Of a stretch of DNA of 64,000 nucleotides, positions 42,319 through 53,507 are shown one piece after another. This DNA comes from an uncultured Planctomycetota bacterium. GTDB taxonomy: Bacteria; Planctomycetota; Planctomycetia; Isosphaerales; Isosphaeraceae. The stretch lies in NCBI GenBank assembly GCA_963845755.1, contig CAWJTV010000034.1:320001-384000 (forward strand), given 5' to 3'. Both the position numbers and the translations under genes were made by a program. Position 1 is the stretch's first letter, and every line of letters begins with the position of its first letter. Below the pieces are notes generated by a model, which was not told where the DNA came from, made no database searches, and saw nothing but the letters and a program-made list of their open reading frames with translations.

Positions 42319-43527
42319 ATGACTCCCCGTGAACTTTGGACGCTGATCGGTGTTGCCGTCGGTCTGGTTGGATTGGCGTTCGCCCTCAGCGCGGTGCTCT
42401 GCGGAGTGCTCCGCCGGCTTGCACCGCGATGGGGACTGCTGGACCGACCAGGGGGACACAAGGCGCACCGAGAGCCGACGCCGATGGGCGGCGGAATCGC
42501 GATCTGGTTGACCACGGCCATCCTCCTGATCCTGGGGGTGCTGGTCATCGAGTTTGGTGGTGACTGGCTCCCGAACTCACTGGCCCGGCACATCGGTGGG
42601 GCCCAGAGTCGCGTTGGGATCCTGATCGAGATGCTCACGCTGGCAACCGCAATCATGATCATGGGGCTGATCGACGACCTCAAGGATCTCGACTGGCGGC
42701 TCAGGCTGGGTATCCAGGTCGCCTGCGCCACGGCCCTGGCTGTCTCTGGGATACGCGTGACGCTGTTCTGGCCCTTCACGTATCCGATCCTCGGAGGCAC
42801 CGTGACGGTCTTGTGGATCGTCGCGCTGACGAATTCCTTCAACATGCTCGACAATATGGACGGGCTGGCGGCGAGCGTCGGGTTGATCGCCGCGACGCTG
42901 TTCTGTGGGGCCCAGATCGCCGTCGGAGACCTGTTTCCGCCGGCGGTCCTGCTGGTCGTGATCGGCGCCCTGGGTGGGTTCTTGGTGCACAACCACTTTC
43001 CGGCCCGCCTCTACATGGGGGATGCTGGAAGCAATTTCCTCGGGTTCCTGCTCGGGACCATGACGGTGGTCGGTACTTTCTACAAGACCGGATCCTCGCC
43101 CTACAGCGTACTCGCTCCGCTGCTGGTCATGGCGGTGCCGCTGTACGACATGACCTCGGTCGTGCTGATCCGGTTGAGGGAGGGACGGAGCCCGTTCAAG
43201 GCCGATCGCCGGCACTTTTCGCATCGGCTGGTTGCCCATGGCTTGACGCCGCCGCAGGCGGTCTGGACGATTGATTTGGTGACCCTTGCGGGCGGCCTGG
43301 GTGCGCTGCTGCTGCACGAGCTCGAGTGGCCCGGCGCAACCGTGGTGCTGGCCCAGACCGGCTGCTTGCTGGGAGTGGTCGCCATCCTGGAATTCTCGGC
43401 GAGCCGTTCGGAGCGAGGCCATGAGCAGACGAGGGGCGCAATCCTCGGTCCCCCCCAACCCGAGCAAGAGCCGACAGTCGGAGAAGAGATCCGCCCCATC
43501 GCCGGAACGGCAAGCCCTGCTGTCTGA
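42319..43527 (+). CDS. MraY/WecA-family polyprenyl-phosphate sugar-1-phosphate transferase
   Basis: 'D.PGGHKAH..PTP.GGG', 'GLIDD', 'NSFNMLDNMDGLA', 'YMGDAGS' and 'DRRHFSHRL'. Confidence 0.92.
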   Translation: MTPRELWTLIGVAVGLVGLAFALSAVLCGVLRRLAPRWGLLDRPGGHKAHREPTPMGGGIAIWLTTAILLILGVLVIEFGGDWLPNSLARHIGGAQSRVGILIEMLTLATAIMIMGLIDDLKDLDWRLRLGIQVACATALAVSGIRVTLFWPFTYPILGGTVTVLWIVALTNSFNMLDNMDGLAASVGLIAATLFCGAQIAVGDLFPPAVLLVVIGALGGFLVHNHFPARLYMGDAGSNFLGFLLGTMTVVGTFYKTGSSPYSVLAPLLVMAVPLYDMTSVVLIRLREGRSPFKADRRHFSHRLVAHGLTPPQAVWTIDLVTLAGGLGALLLHELEWPGATVVLAQTGCLLGVVAILEFSASRSERGHEQTRGAILGPPQPEQEPTVGEEIRPIAGTASPAV

Positions 43528-45905
43528 CAACGATGAGCCAGACTGGAGCGAGTCGGCGGCCTATCTGGGCGAACGGCTCCGGCGCGTGGCCCTGGGCCTG
43601 ACGGCCGCCCTGATCACGGCGCGCGCCTTTGCGACCAGCGAGCCCGACTTCGAGATCGGGGCCGGAACCGGCCTGTACTGGGTCCTCGCCATGATCCTGG
43701 CCGCGGGACTGGCCGTGTTCGCCGGGCTCCTCGGCGGCCGGTTCCGATTCCGATGGTCGTGGACCGACCTCGCGGTCGTCATGCTGATCGGGCTCGTCGC
43801 CGGCAGTGCGACGCATGCCTTCGACCGGCGTCCCGCCATCAACCTGGCCTGGGAATGGATCGCGATCGGCATCGCCTATCTCGTCTTGCGTCATCTGCCC
43901 CGAACTCGCGGGGAGTCGTCGGCACTGGCTGCGGCGCTGGTCGCGACCGCGGTCGCCGTTTCCGTCTACGGGCTCTATCAAGGCGGCGTCGAGTTGCCGC
44001 AGATCCGGAACGAATATCGACGGAATCCGAGTCACTTCCTGACCCGGCATTCCGAGCTGGGCATCGCACCGGGCACTCGGGAGCAGTACCTCTTTGAGCA
44101 GCGACTGCTCGGCTCGACCGAGGTCACCTCCACATTTGCCCTGACGAACTCGCTGGCCGGCTTCATCGTGGGGCCGCTCGTGATCGCGTTGGCCGTTGGT
44201 CTGTACAACCTGTCGCGCCGCGATGGAGAGACGTCGCGGTGGATCGCGTTGATCGGGGCGGCGCCGCTGATCCTGATCCTGCTGGTCTGCCTGGAACTGA
44301 CCAAGAGCCGCAGTGCCTATCTTGGACTTGTGGTTGGCCTGGGCATCGTCGCGTGGCCGTGGCGGCGGCAGGTCTCGAGGCGTCTTCTCCTGGGGACGGG
44401 CCTGGCCGGCCTCCTGATCGTCGCGAGCCTGGTGGCGGCGGGGTTCGCCACGCGGCAGCTCGATCGCCAGGTGCTGACCCAATCCTCGTTGTCATTCGGC
44501 TACCGGCTGGAATGGTGGCAGGGCACCTGGCGCCGCCCTCACGGGGGGGTCGGGCGACCTCGCGGGTGCCATGAGGTCCTCGATGTTCTGGTCGGGGGTC
44601 GGCCCGGGGAACTTCCGCGCGAGTTATCTACGATACAAGTTGCCGGTGTCGAGCGAGGAGATCCTCGACCCGCACAATCTGTTCCTGGAGGTGTGGGCGA
44701 CCGCCGGGATCTCGGCGCTCCTCGTCCTTCTGGCCGTGCTGGCGCTGGGTCTCTGGAACCTGCTGGGACCACCATCGCGATCTTCGGACGCCTCGGATAC
44801 CGCTCATCCGTCTCGCCCGGGGAGGCGCGCATCGCAGAATCCCGAGGTACCCGACCGAACGGGTTCGCGTTCGGAGGGCGAGGCGCCCGACGCGCCGCCG
44901 TGCCGGCCGGTCTGGCTGATGCCGGCGGCCGGGGCCGGTTGGATCCTGGTGTTCGTGCTCCTGCCCTTGAATCTTTTCATGGTGGGCTCGTTTTCCCGAT
45001 GGGTGATCCTCGGCGGGAGCTGGCTGGCGGCTGTCTTGCTGGGACGTCCGCTCTGGCGGCGTATCCCGATTCCTGCGATCGCACTCGGTGGAGGTTTCGC
45101 CGCGGTCCTGGTCAACCTACTGGCCGCGGGTGGGATCGGCATCCCCACTGTGGCGATGGGGTTCTGGTCCTTGCTGGCACTCGGCCTCAACCTTCGCGAC
45201 GATCGCCCGTGCAGCCGGCTCCACGAGTACCCGAGCCGGGTCCCTCCGTTCGCCCTATCAACCGCCTGGGCGGCCATACTGGGCCTTTTCCTGGGCGCCG
45301 TCGTGCCCTACTGGCGCGCGGAAGCCGCGATCGCGCAGGCTGAGGAGGCCACTCGCCCCGGCCGGGCGCCGGACTTCGAACGGGCCGAGCGAATCTACCT
45401 CGATCGCGCCATCGTGGCGGATCGCTACTATGCCCGCCCCTGGCTGAAGTATGCCGCCCTGCAGTTCGATGCCTGGGCGTTTCGCGGAGCCAAGTTCGAG
45501 GATCAGCGCTGGAAGGAGATACCCGAGCTCCTCCGGGATGCGGTCACCCTGCCCCGCAACCCGAATGCGTGGTCACTCCACGTCCGTCGCGCCGAGGCCA
45601 TCCGGGGATTGTTGCAAACCGTCGGTTCCCAGCTCAAGCCGATCGACCTGGTGACCTTCGGCGCCGAGATCGTCAAGGAGTTCCGGACGGCCAGCCTCCT
45701 CTATCCGTCCAACGCCACGCTCCACGCCCAACTCGCCGAGTCCAGCGCGGAGATCTCGAAGTTCGACGATGCAGTCCAGGAAGCGGAGGAAGCGTTGCGA
45801 CTCGACGCACTGCTGGCCCCGCACCCCGACAAGCGGCTGCCGGCCTCCACGCGTCGGCGCCTGGAGGCTCGGCTACCCGAATGGAAGGGACGCATTCCGG
45901 AATAG
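43421..45905 (+). CDS. O-antigen ligase (Wzy_C) family membrane protein with helical/TPR-like C-terminus, frameshift at ~44530-44570
   Basis: '[10 protein letters not shown]', 'LTKSRSA', 'YRLEWW', 'GVGPGNF' and 'DPHNLFLE'. Confidence 0.85.
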
Positions 45906-45999
45906 GCGCCCGTTGCACGCCGGCAACGGCAACGTGCCCTCGATCGTCACAGCCCAGCCGCCAGGTCGTCTCGACCTGGGGCGGCCATGACCGATCGCG

Positions 46000-47717
46000 T
46001 TATGAACCGACGACTAATGGATCGTCAACGGAGACCAGCAGGGGGATCGCCGCGCCCCGCCCCGGCCGGAGTCTTCCCGCCAGCGGCTTCTTGATCGCCA
46101 GACCGATCGCGGCGGCGCTCAGGATCAGCGTCGCAACGTTCGGCCAACTCAACCCGCCAAGCCTTTCGAGCGGACGCGAGGCCGGCCCGCCCGGGAAGAT
46201 CGCGCCGTTGCCAACTCGCGAGGCCACACAACAGCATAATTTTGTATCGTTGATGGCATAGGTCGCCCCGTCCGGCCCCATCGCGGTCGGTGTGTAAGCT
46301 TCCCCGGTGGCCGGCGCCAGGAATAACCCCGGGGACAGCGTGTTCGTGACGAACGACCAGCGATACACGTGGCCGTCCTCGCTGTTAATGATGGCGCACT
46401 TGTTGATTTCGTCGATTGCTGCCGAGTTGATGCACCATTCGCGGACGCCGGCCTGGCCCGGGTTCGGGGTCACTCCGACGACCGTGATGACCTCCTTCAT
46501 CACCGAGACGCTCGGGAAGACGAGATCGGGCTGGGTCGCATTCGGGTCCAGGATCGCCACCTTGTTCTGGCCGGTGCCGCCGATGCCCGGGTCCGAGTAG
46601 TCGTTGTACTTGGTCAAGACCAGGTACGAGGACCGGCCCGTGTACGAAGGTACAAGCCCGGAAGGGACGATCGACGCGGAATCGTCCCAGCCGAACGATC
46701 CGGGGATTTTCTGCGTGGAGATCGTCCTGTCGAAGTGGAGGAGCCAGCCGCGCGCGTGGTGGGATGGGAGATTCGCCTCGAGCACCCCGTAGTAGACATC
46801 GCCGTCGGGCCCGACGGTCGGAGTACCCGAGCCATCGTCCGACAACGAGGCGGGCATATTCGCGTTGCGCGGATCCGTGAGCAAGACCGTGTTCAAGGGA
46901 GTGAGCGTCGCGGCGTCGAACAAGGCACAGGTAGCCGTAGGAACCATCGCTCTGGTTGACCCCCACGTAGAGCTGTTTTCCATTGGGCGAGAGCGCCGGG
47001 GCACAGTTATGAACGACCTTCACGATATTGGGATCGCCACAGAGCAGCGAAGCCGCGACGGACGTGCTGGCGCCGGTACTGGAAATCCGGCCCAGGCCGC
47101 CGGGAACGCTGGAACCGAAGTATCCGAAATAGATGTTCCCTTGCGAGTCGGCGGTGAGCGGAGTGGAGATGTAGAGGGAGGCATTGGCCTGGCCAACGCG
47201 AGTCATATTCCCCTGGGCCGAATTAGGCTTGGAGCGGACCAGGATCGTACCCCCTGCCCCGGGGACGGCCACGCCGGTATCGCCGGCCAGCAGGGTGATT
47301 CCCAGCGGCGGGATCCAGTTGGATTCGGGGGGAATCTGGTAATCCGTGTTCATGGTCCAGAGCAGTTGACCCGTCAACCCATTGAAGGCGTTGACGGCGA
47401 AGCCTCCGTTGGCCCCCGTTTTCACCGGCACGATCACTGTGTTCGTGGCCGTGATCACAGGCGACCCATAATGAGTATACAGAGCGCCATTATTGGGATT
47501 GTATTGCGGCATCAGATCGACCGAAGTCGACCACCGGACCGTTTGGGGGACCTGGGAAGGGCTCGTTGCCAGGGAGGAATGCTGGGAGTTGCGGCCGTAA
47601 CTCGTCCAGAATTGCGCCGAAGCCGTGGTGGGTGTGATCGCTCCCATTCCCAGGACCGCGAGCCAACAGAAGAGCGCACCGGCAGGTCCACGGCCCGATC
47701 CGTCGATCGTGCTTCAT
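46000..47717 (-). CDS. Secreted beta-propeller-like hypothetical protein with C-terminal hydrophobic anchor, frameshifted
   Basis: 'HYGSPVIT..NTVIVPVKTG', 'TPTVGPDGDVYYGV', 'FGWDDSAS', 'EWCIN..AID' and 'GEAYTPT..GPDG' in successive frames. Confidence 0.75.
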
Positions 47718-47981
47718 TGATGAGACTCCTCGCTGAGTTGCCTACGTCTGCGTAAGGGGAATCCGGGAAACCGGATTGGAATCAACCTTGCATCGCGGGA
47801 ACAGCGATGCTTCCCCGACCTTCGCTTCAAGGTCAGGAGCGGGGCAAATAGATCCGCGATTCTTCTCTTGGGGTCCGGTCATGCATCCCAAACCTAGGAT
47901 ACACGCGCACGTTGGGTTTCTCAATAAACATGATCCAAAGGCATTTGCGACAAAGATCGACCATCCCCGACGTGTTCGCGG

Positions 47982-50009
47982 TCACTCCGAATGCCGCTCC
48001 GGTTGAGGCACCACGATTTCGACCTGATGGGGGATCGGTTCGAGATGGCCGGCATGGTCTTCGGCGGCTGCGGATAGGGAGATCGGGCGATCGGGCAAAC
48101 GATCGACATCGATGGCGACTTCCCAGCGGGAGTAATCGCCGACCATGGCACGCACTGGATATCCGTTCACGCGCACGGCCCGAACCGTGCGATCATCGAC
48201 AGTCACACCGCGGACGCGCACCTTTCCTCCATCGATCCGATCAACCCGGGTGATGACCGTAAAGGGTGGCCGGTCGTCGGTCGGCTCCAGTGGTCCGGGA
48301 AAACTCCGGGGATCCGGCCGATCGCCGGTTTCAGCGAAGTAGATCCAGCCGGTGCGATGGAATTTCATCTCACGGTAGGCGTGTCGCTCGTACCGTGGGC
48401 GCCACAGGCCGAATTCGCAGTTCGTCACCTTGAGGCCATCGACCAGGACATCGGGGGCGTCCAGGGTCAAGGCCCAGTGCGCGTCCCAGACCCGGAACCG
48501 ACGGATCACGTACGGGTGATGCGGACCCGGACCAACTCCACCGACGCCGCCGGTCTCACCGTCGCCGGGTCCGCCGCCGAGATTCAGCCCGTATCCACGC
48601 TGGGTATGCGCCTCGTTGTCCTCGAAGCGGAGGAGCGGGAGCGTGCGGATATCCAACTGCCGTCTCGTACCATCCGGGCTCCGTACGCTCATCGTCGGGT
48701 TGAATCCGGGGACAGCGGGCGCCTCGTATCGGAAGCCATACTGGTCGCATTCGACCGCCACGTTGCGCACGAAGGCGTTCTGGCTATTGGCCCACCAGAA
48801 ACCGGCGCCTTCGTTGCGATCGAACGCGAGGGTCTGCTGTGGCAAAGGAGCACCCCGGCCGGCTCGCACGGCCAGATTTCCGTCCAGGATGTTCTCGACC
48901 TCAGTGCCGTCCTCAAGAAAGAAGCCATGGCCGACACTCCGGTAGCCCACGCAATCCTGGACGACCAGGCCATTCGTCCCATGGATCGTGATCCACCGGT
49001 TGCCGCTATCCCAGATCGAAGCCCCGATCACCGACGCTCCGCGCATCGTGTCGCCTACCCGATGGAAGTGAAGGCTGTATTTGCCGAGCTGGCCCGTCTT
49101 TCCCAGGTGGCGGAATTCCGCGTACGAGATCGACCCCGACGAATGGCGGTGGTACATCGTGTGGCCGCGGGCTACGGAGGGATCGGCCGACTCGACGATG
49201 ACATTCCGGGAGAGTAGCGCAACCTCGCCACCATTTTCACCTCGGACGACGTGAGGGAATTCGAGAGGCCTGTCCAGCGTGAGCCGAGGGCCGTCGATCG
49301 TGCGGATGATCCGTTCCTCCGTCTCCGGCACCGTGGGAGCCTTCTCACCAGCCGCTCCCTTGGGAAGGGGCTGCCGGCTGGTTGCGGTGACGATCACGCG
49401 ATCGCCGGCACGCCAGCCGGGGACCGGCTCGGCGAGCACCAGACCCGTCGCACCCTTTTCGGCCGTCGCGGAGAGCTTGACCCAGGTCCGCGCGAGCCCG
49501 GCACCGTGAAACTCCATGCGGCCTCCGCAACAGACGATTGCCGGGCATTCCTCCGGATCGAGGCCCTCGACCGCCGTCAGCCGGATCAAGGCCGTGCGGC
49601 CGGCCGCGACCGGATGCTCCGCCATCCCAACCTCCAGGGTCGCCCGGGTCGCCGTCGGACCGGGTATCACCACCGCATGCGATTCACAGTCGAATCCCGA
49701 TTCGCCGGGATCGTCGCCGGCCTGGATCTTGATCAGTCCGACATCGAGCCGCGTATCCCGCTCCGGGTCGAATCGCAAGGTGCCCGCGACATGGATCGAC
49801 CGAATGGTCGTGTCGCCGACGATGTCATAGACCACGACGTGCCCGGTCCGGATCTGAACCCGATCCCCCTGCCCCGGAATCCGGCCCTCCTCCCAGCTTG
49901 TGGCGTCCGACCATCGGCCGTTGTGGACCGAGCGGATCAGCGGTGCTCCCATCGCTGAGGACAGACCGAATGTCATCCACAATACCAGAGGAATTGCACT
50001 TGATCTCAT
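47982..50009 (-). CDS. Secreted G8-domain / parallel beta-helix protein
   Basis: 'G.WSD..SW..G..P..GD.V.I..GH.V.YD', 'EVALLSRNV', 'GKYSLHFH' and 'GHGFFLEDG.E' (TMEM2/CEMIP-like architecture). Confidence 0.85.
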   Translation of the reverse strand: MRSSAIPLVLWMTFGLSSAMGAPLIRSVHNGRWSDATSWEEGRIPGQGDRVQIRTGHVVVYDIVGDTTIRSIHVAGTLRFDPERDTRLDVGLIKIQAGDDPGESGFDCESHAVVIPGPTATRATLEVGMAEHPVAAGRTALIRLTAVEGLDPEECPAIVCCGGRMEFHGAGLARTWVKLSATAEKGATGLVLAEPVPGWRAGDRVIVTATSRQPLPKGAAGEKAPTVPETEERIIRTIDGPRLTLDRPLEFPHVVRGENGGEVALLSRNVIVESADPSVARGHTMYHRHSSGSISYAEFRHLGKTGQLGKYSLHFHRVGDTMRGASVIGASIWDSGNRWITIHGTNGLVVQDCVGYRSVGHGFFLEDGTEVENILDGNLAVRAGRGAPLPQQTLAFDRNEGAGFWWANSQNAFVRNVAVECDQYGFRYEAPAVPGFNPTMSVRSPDGTRRQLDIRTLPLLRFEDNEAHTQRGYGLNLGGGPGDGETGGVGGVGPGPHHPYVIRRFRVWDAHWALTLDAPDVLVDGLKVTNCEFGLWRPRYERHAYREMKFHRTGWIYFAETGDRPDPRSFPGPLEPTDDRPPFTVITRVDRIDGGKVRVRGVTVDDRTVRAVRVNGYPVRAMVGDYSRWEVAIDVDRLPDRPISLSAAAEDHAGHLEPIPHQVEIVVPQPERHSE

Positions 50010-50120
50010 GATATTCGGAAGTTGACCGTATTCGGAAGTAACCAAGGCATTCGCGGCATCAGGGTTTCCGCCACCGAGCTCGGTTTTCGGAATCACCGAG
50101 GTATTAGATCTTAGCGAGTG

Positions 50121-50604
50121 TTATGCCCGGAACTCAACGGGCGTGAACGGCGTCCGCGGCGGCAGGAGCGGCTTCGGCGCGGAGAGCCACAGGAAGTTGC
50201 CGGCGATGCCCCGTTCGACCTCGGGGCGGAAGAAGACGTGATCCGGCCCGAGGACGAACGGCGTGCGGAATGTGACGTTGAATTGAACCTCCACGCCCGT
50301 CACCGGGCGCCGCCGCCGGTGAACGGGTTGGAGATCGGATTGATGGCGTTGATGACCGAGTTGGCCGCGGTGAAGCTCGAAATCGAGCACCATCGTCGTC
50401 AATCTGAGCTGACCGAACCTGCCGTGGGCCACGACGAAATTGTTATCGGACAGCCAGTTCGTGCGCTCGATCATACGGCCGTCCGGAGGGTCCGTCAACG
50501 CGACGGGGAACACGCGATCGAGCTCGATCCTGACATCGTTGATGTTCGCCGTCGTGCCCCCGCCGAGTAGCCCGGTGAACGTGGCGCTGTTGATCGCCGG
50601 AACC
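50121..50604 (-). pseudogene. Internal fragment of a secreted (PEP-CTERM-type) protein gene
   Basis: 'INSATFTGLL...VFP', a shifted 'SFTAANSVIN.I.P..NPFTGG' and 'EVQFNVTF.TPF....DH.FFRPEV....GNFLWLSAPKP....TPFTP'; no signal peptide and an abrupt end. Family recalled from memory. Confidence 0.55.
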
Positions 50605-50627
50605 GGGCATCGGCGTGTCCGGCCCGC

Positions 50628-51575
50628 TCAGACGGCCCAGATCACGGAAACCCCATACACGATCTCGAGTGTTCCTGAATCGGTGAGGATGAGGTAGGCG
50701 CCCGGATGACCGTAAGTGCCGGCGTTCCAGAGGGCTTGACCGGTGGAGCTGTAGACGACGAGGTTGCCGTCGCCCTGCATGACCGCAAAAGCGCCCGCGT
50801 GGCCGGAGGTCCCCGAGGCCCAGATGGCCTGGTGGTTGGGCCCGTACTCGACGAGATTGCCGTCCGATTGCATGACGAGCACGTACTGGCCGTTCGGGGA
50901 GTAAATCGCCTGCCCGGCGGTGAGGGTCCGTCCCGGCAGCACGATGCTGCTGACGGACCAGATCGCCGTGCCGTTGATCTGGTAGATCGCGGTATTGCCG
51001 TTGTTCTGAAGCTCGAGGTAGGCGCCGGGATTACCGTAAGTGCCGGCGTCCCAGAGGGCTTGACCGGTGGAGCTGTAGACGACGAGGTTGCCGTCGCCCT
51101 GCATGGCCGCAAAAGCGCCCGCGTGGCCGTAGGTCCCCGCGGCCCAGATAACCTGGCCCCCGGGTCCATAGTCGACGAGGTTGCCGTCCGATTGCATGAC
51201 GAGCACGTACTGGCCGTTCGGGGAGTAAATCGCCTGCCCGGCGGTGAGGGTCCGTCCCGGCAGCGCGATGCTGTTGACGGACCAGATCGCCGTGCCGTTG
51301 CTCTGGTAGATCGCGGCATTGCCGTTGTTCTGAAGCTCGAGGTATGCCGAGATTACCGCTAGTGCCGGAGGCCCAGAGGGCTTGATTAGTGGAGCTGTAC
51401 ACGACGAGGTTGCCGTCGAGCTGCATGACCGCATAAGCGCCCGCGTGGCCGTTGGTCTCCGAGTCCCAGATGACCTGGTGGTTGGGCCCGTACTCGACGA
51501 GGTTGCCGTCCGATTGCATGACGAGCTCGTACTGGCCGTTTGGGGAGTGAATCGCCTGCCCGGCGGTGAGGGTCA
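50628..51575. repeat. Three tandem ~324-bp repeats encoding B-lectin domains
   Basis: Anchor GCGGTGAGGGTC at 50917, 51241 and 51563 (periods 324 and 322); long identical stretches. Confidence 0.9.
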
Positions 51576-52867
51576 GATGCACCAGGCCGCCGATCATTAG
51601 ATTGGCGACCGGGCTGCCAATCCCCGTGACCTGGTCATAGCCGGGGCCGGCGCTAATGCCATTCTGATTGCTGCCGGTCGTGATGTCGTGGAAGTCGGAA
51701 CTGGGGAGACTGTACAGGTAGGGAAGGGTCTGGCTGGATCCGGTCAGAGCCGGCAGCCCCTCCGAAGACCGGATCTGGTCGGTCAGGGCGATCAGTCCCG
51801 CCCACTGGGGAGCCCCGGCGCTGGTACCCCACTGGGTTTCCCAGGGCGAGCTGGTGCCATTGTTATACGAATCGTACACCGAGTAACCGTTGCCCGTGTA
51901 ACCTGCGCCTCGGAGTCCCATTCGGACCCGTATTGTAGGACACGTCGGGGACCGTGCGATGCTGGCTTTTCTCGACGCCCTGCTGATACGCCGGTTGAGA
52001 CTCGATCGTACTTGTACCGCCGCCGCTGGATAGCTGTTGTCCGGACGGGTAGGTCAGGTTCCACGTCGTTTCACTTCCGTATCCGCCGGAGGCATTCAGC
52101 GTCAGAGAAGTGCCGCCAACCCCGACGACATTCGGGGAAGCCGCCGGGTACACCAGCGTTCCGCTATCACCCGATGCGGCCACGAACGTGACGCCGGGCG
52201 TGAGGAAATCCGAGTCGTATTGCGTCTCGCCTGAGAACTCGGAACGACCCCAGCTAATCGACACCACCGAGGCCCCGAACTGGGATGATGCCGCAGTGAC
52301 GACGGCTGTGTAGAGATCGCTGTTCGCACTGGAGTTCGCCTCGACCAACACCATGTTGGCCGCCGGGGCGATCACGTGCGCCCACTCGACGTCGAGTGCC
52401 TCCTCGGCCTCCCACCCCCCCGTCGGATCCGTCGCCGTCGGCGGGGCACCACCCGTTTGACCGACGACCTTGAAGCTGGGCGGATCGGACAGCCCAAAGT
52501 GCACGTCAAACTGATGCAAGTCGCCGGCAATGTCCGGGTCGTTGTAGGCGTCGACGATGGCGATGGTCTCGCCGGTTCCCGTGAGATTCATCTGGCTGAA
52601 CCCGTAAGCAGCCCTGATTTGCGACGGTGTGTAGCCCGTCGGCGAGGTTGTGCCGGCGGGCTGGCTCTCCATCCCTCCGAGTCTGGAGATCGAGAGGAAC
52701 GGCTCGGAGTACCCGGGCGATGGCACTCCTACGTCTGGCAGGGGGGTTGCCGACAGGAGTATCCGCTCGTCCAGCCGCTCGAGCTGGAACCGGCAATGGC
52801 GCGCTCGGCGGCGAGCCCGGAAGTCGGAGGAACGATGGAGACGGAAGGACGGGGTGCGCGGAAACAT
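50628..52867 (-). CDS. Secreted S53 (sedolisin) family protease with three C-terminal bulb-type (B) lectin domains, frameshifts at ~51915 and ~51348
   Basis: Planctomycete export motif 'LERLDERILLS'; 'EEALDVEW', 'SGDSG', 'GTSAGAP' and 'GYDQVTGIGSP'; repeated QxDxNxVxY motifs. Confidence 0.88.
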
Positions 52868-53507
52868 GGTGCTGCTCCTCAGGTTTGTCATGGGGTCGAG
52901 TCAATTGATGGGCACAAAAAGCGCGTAGAGCGATCGGTCCAGGGAACGACGGTGGCGTCCACGGATGGTGAATCGGACTCTCGTGCGGTTCCCCTAACGG
53001 ACGATGAAAGGGGGTGCACCGAGCAATCGGCCACACGGGCCGGCGACCATCCGGTCTCCAGACCTCCGTGCGAAACGCCCTGGGGGACAGACCCCCGCCG
53101 AGAAAGAACCGCGCCCGCACGGTGCCGCTACCTTGACGAGCGGAAGCGACCGCCATCAGGGACAACGGGAGTCGAAAAAGGATCACCAATCGGACGATCG
53201 CGATCGTCAACGCGGCGATGGCGAACACGTCAGCAGCGACGCTCACAACGAGTCCATTCTCGGGACCGCTTCCTGATCCGGTGTCAACGGCCGCGGGGAC
53301 CGCCACGACCACGACGGCTGGGGGCGCGACCCCGAGCGCCGTCTCGCGGTTGTTGATGCGGCCCGCCGCGAGGGAACGAGTCGGCGCTCTCACACCGCGA
53401 AACTCAATCAGACTCCGACGCCTTGAGACTCCCCGACCCGCTCCGCGAGGCCCTGTCGCGCGAAAGACACCGTAATCCCTCCTGGCGCGGCCCCCTCCAC
53501 CGCGACC

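Noticed and set aside
47776..47793. Sigma-54-like GG-N10-GC motif
   Set aside because: It points on the + strand toward no sense gene.
50100..50135. Second dif-like site (TCCGGGCATAA-CACTCG-CTAAGATCTAA, minus strand)
   Set aside because: Only one arm resembles a Xer arm and there is little dyad symmetry.
53000..53475. Short ORFs between the S53 protease and kinase genes
   Set aside because: Low-complexity, no RBS or recognisable domain; possibly a remnant but not supportable.
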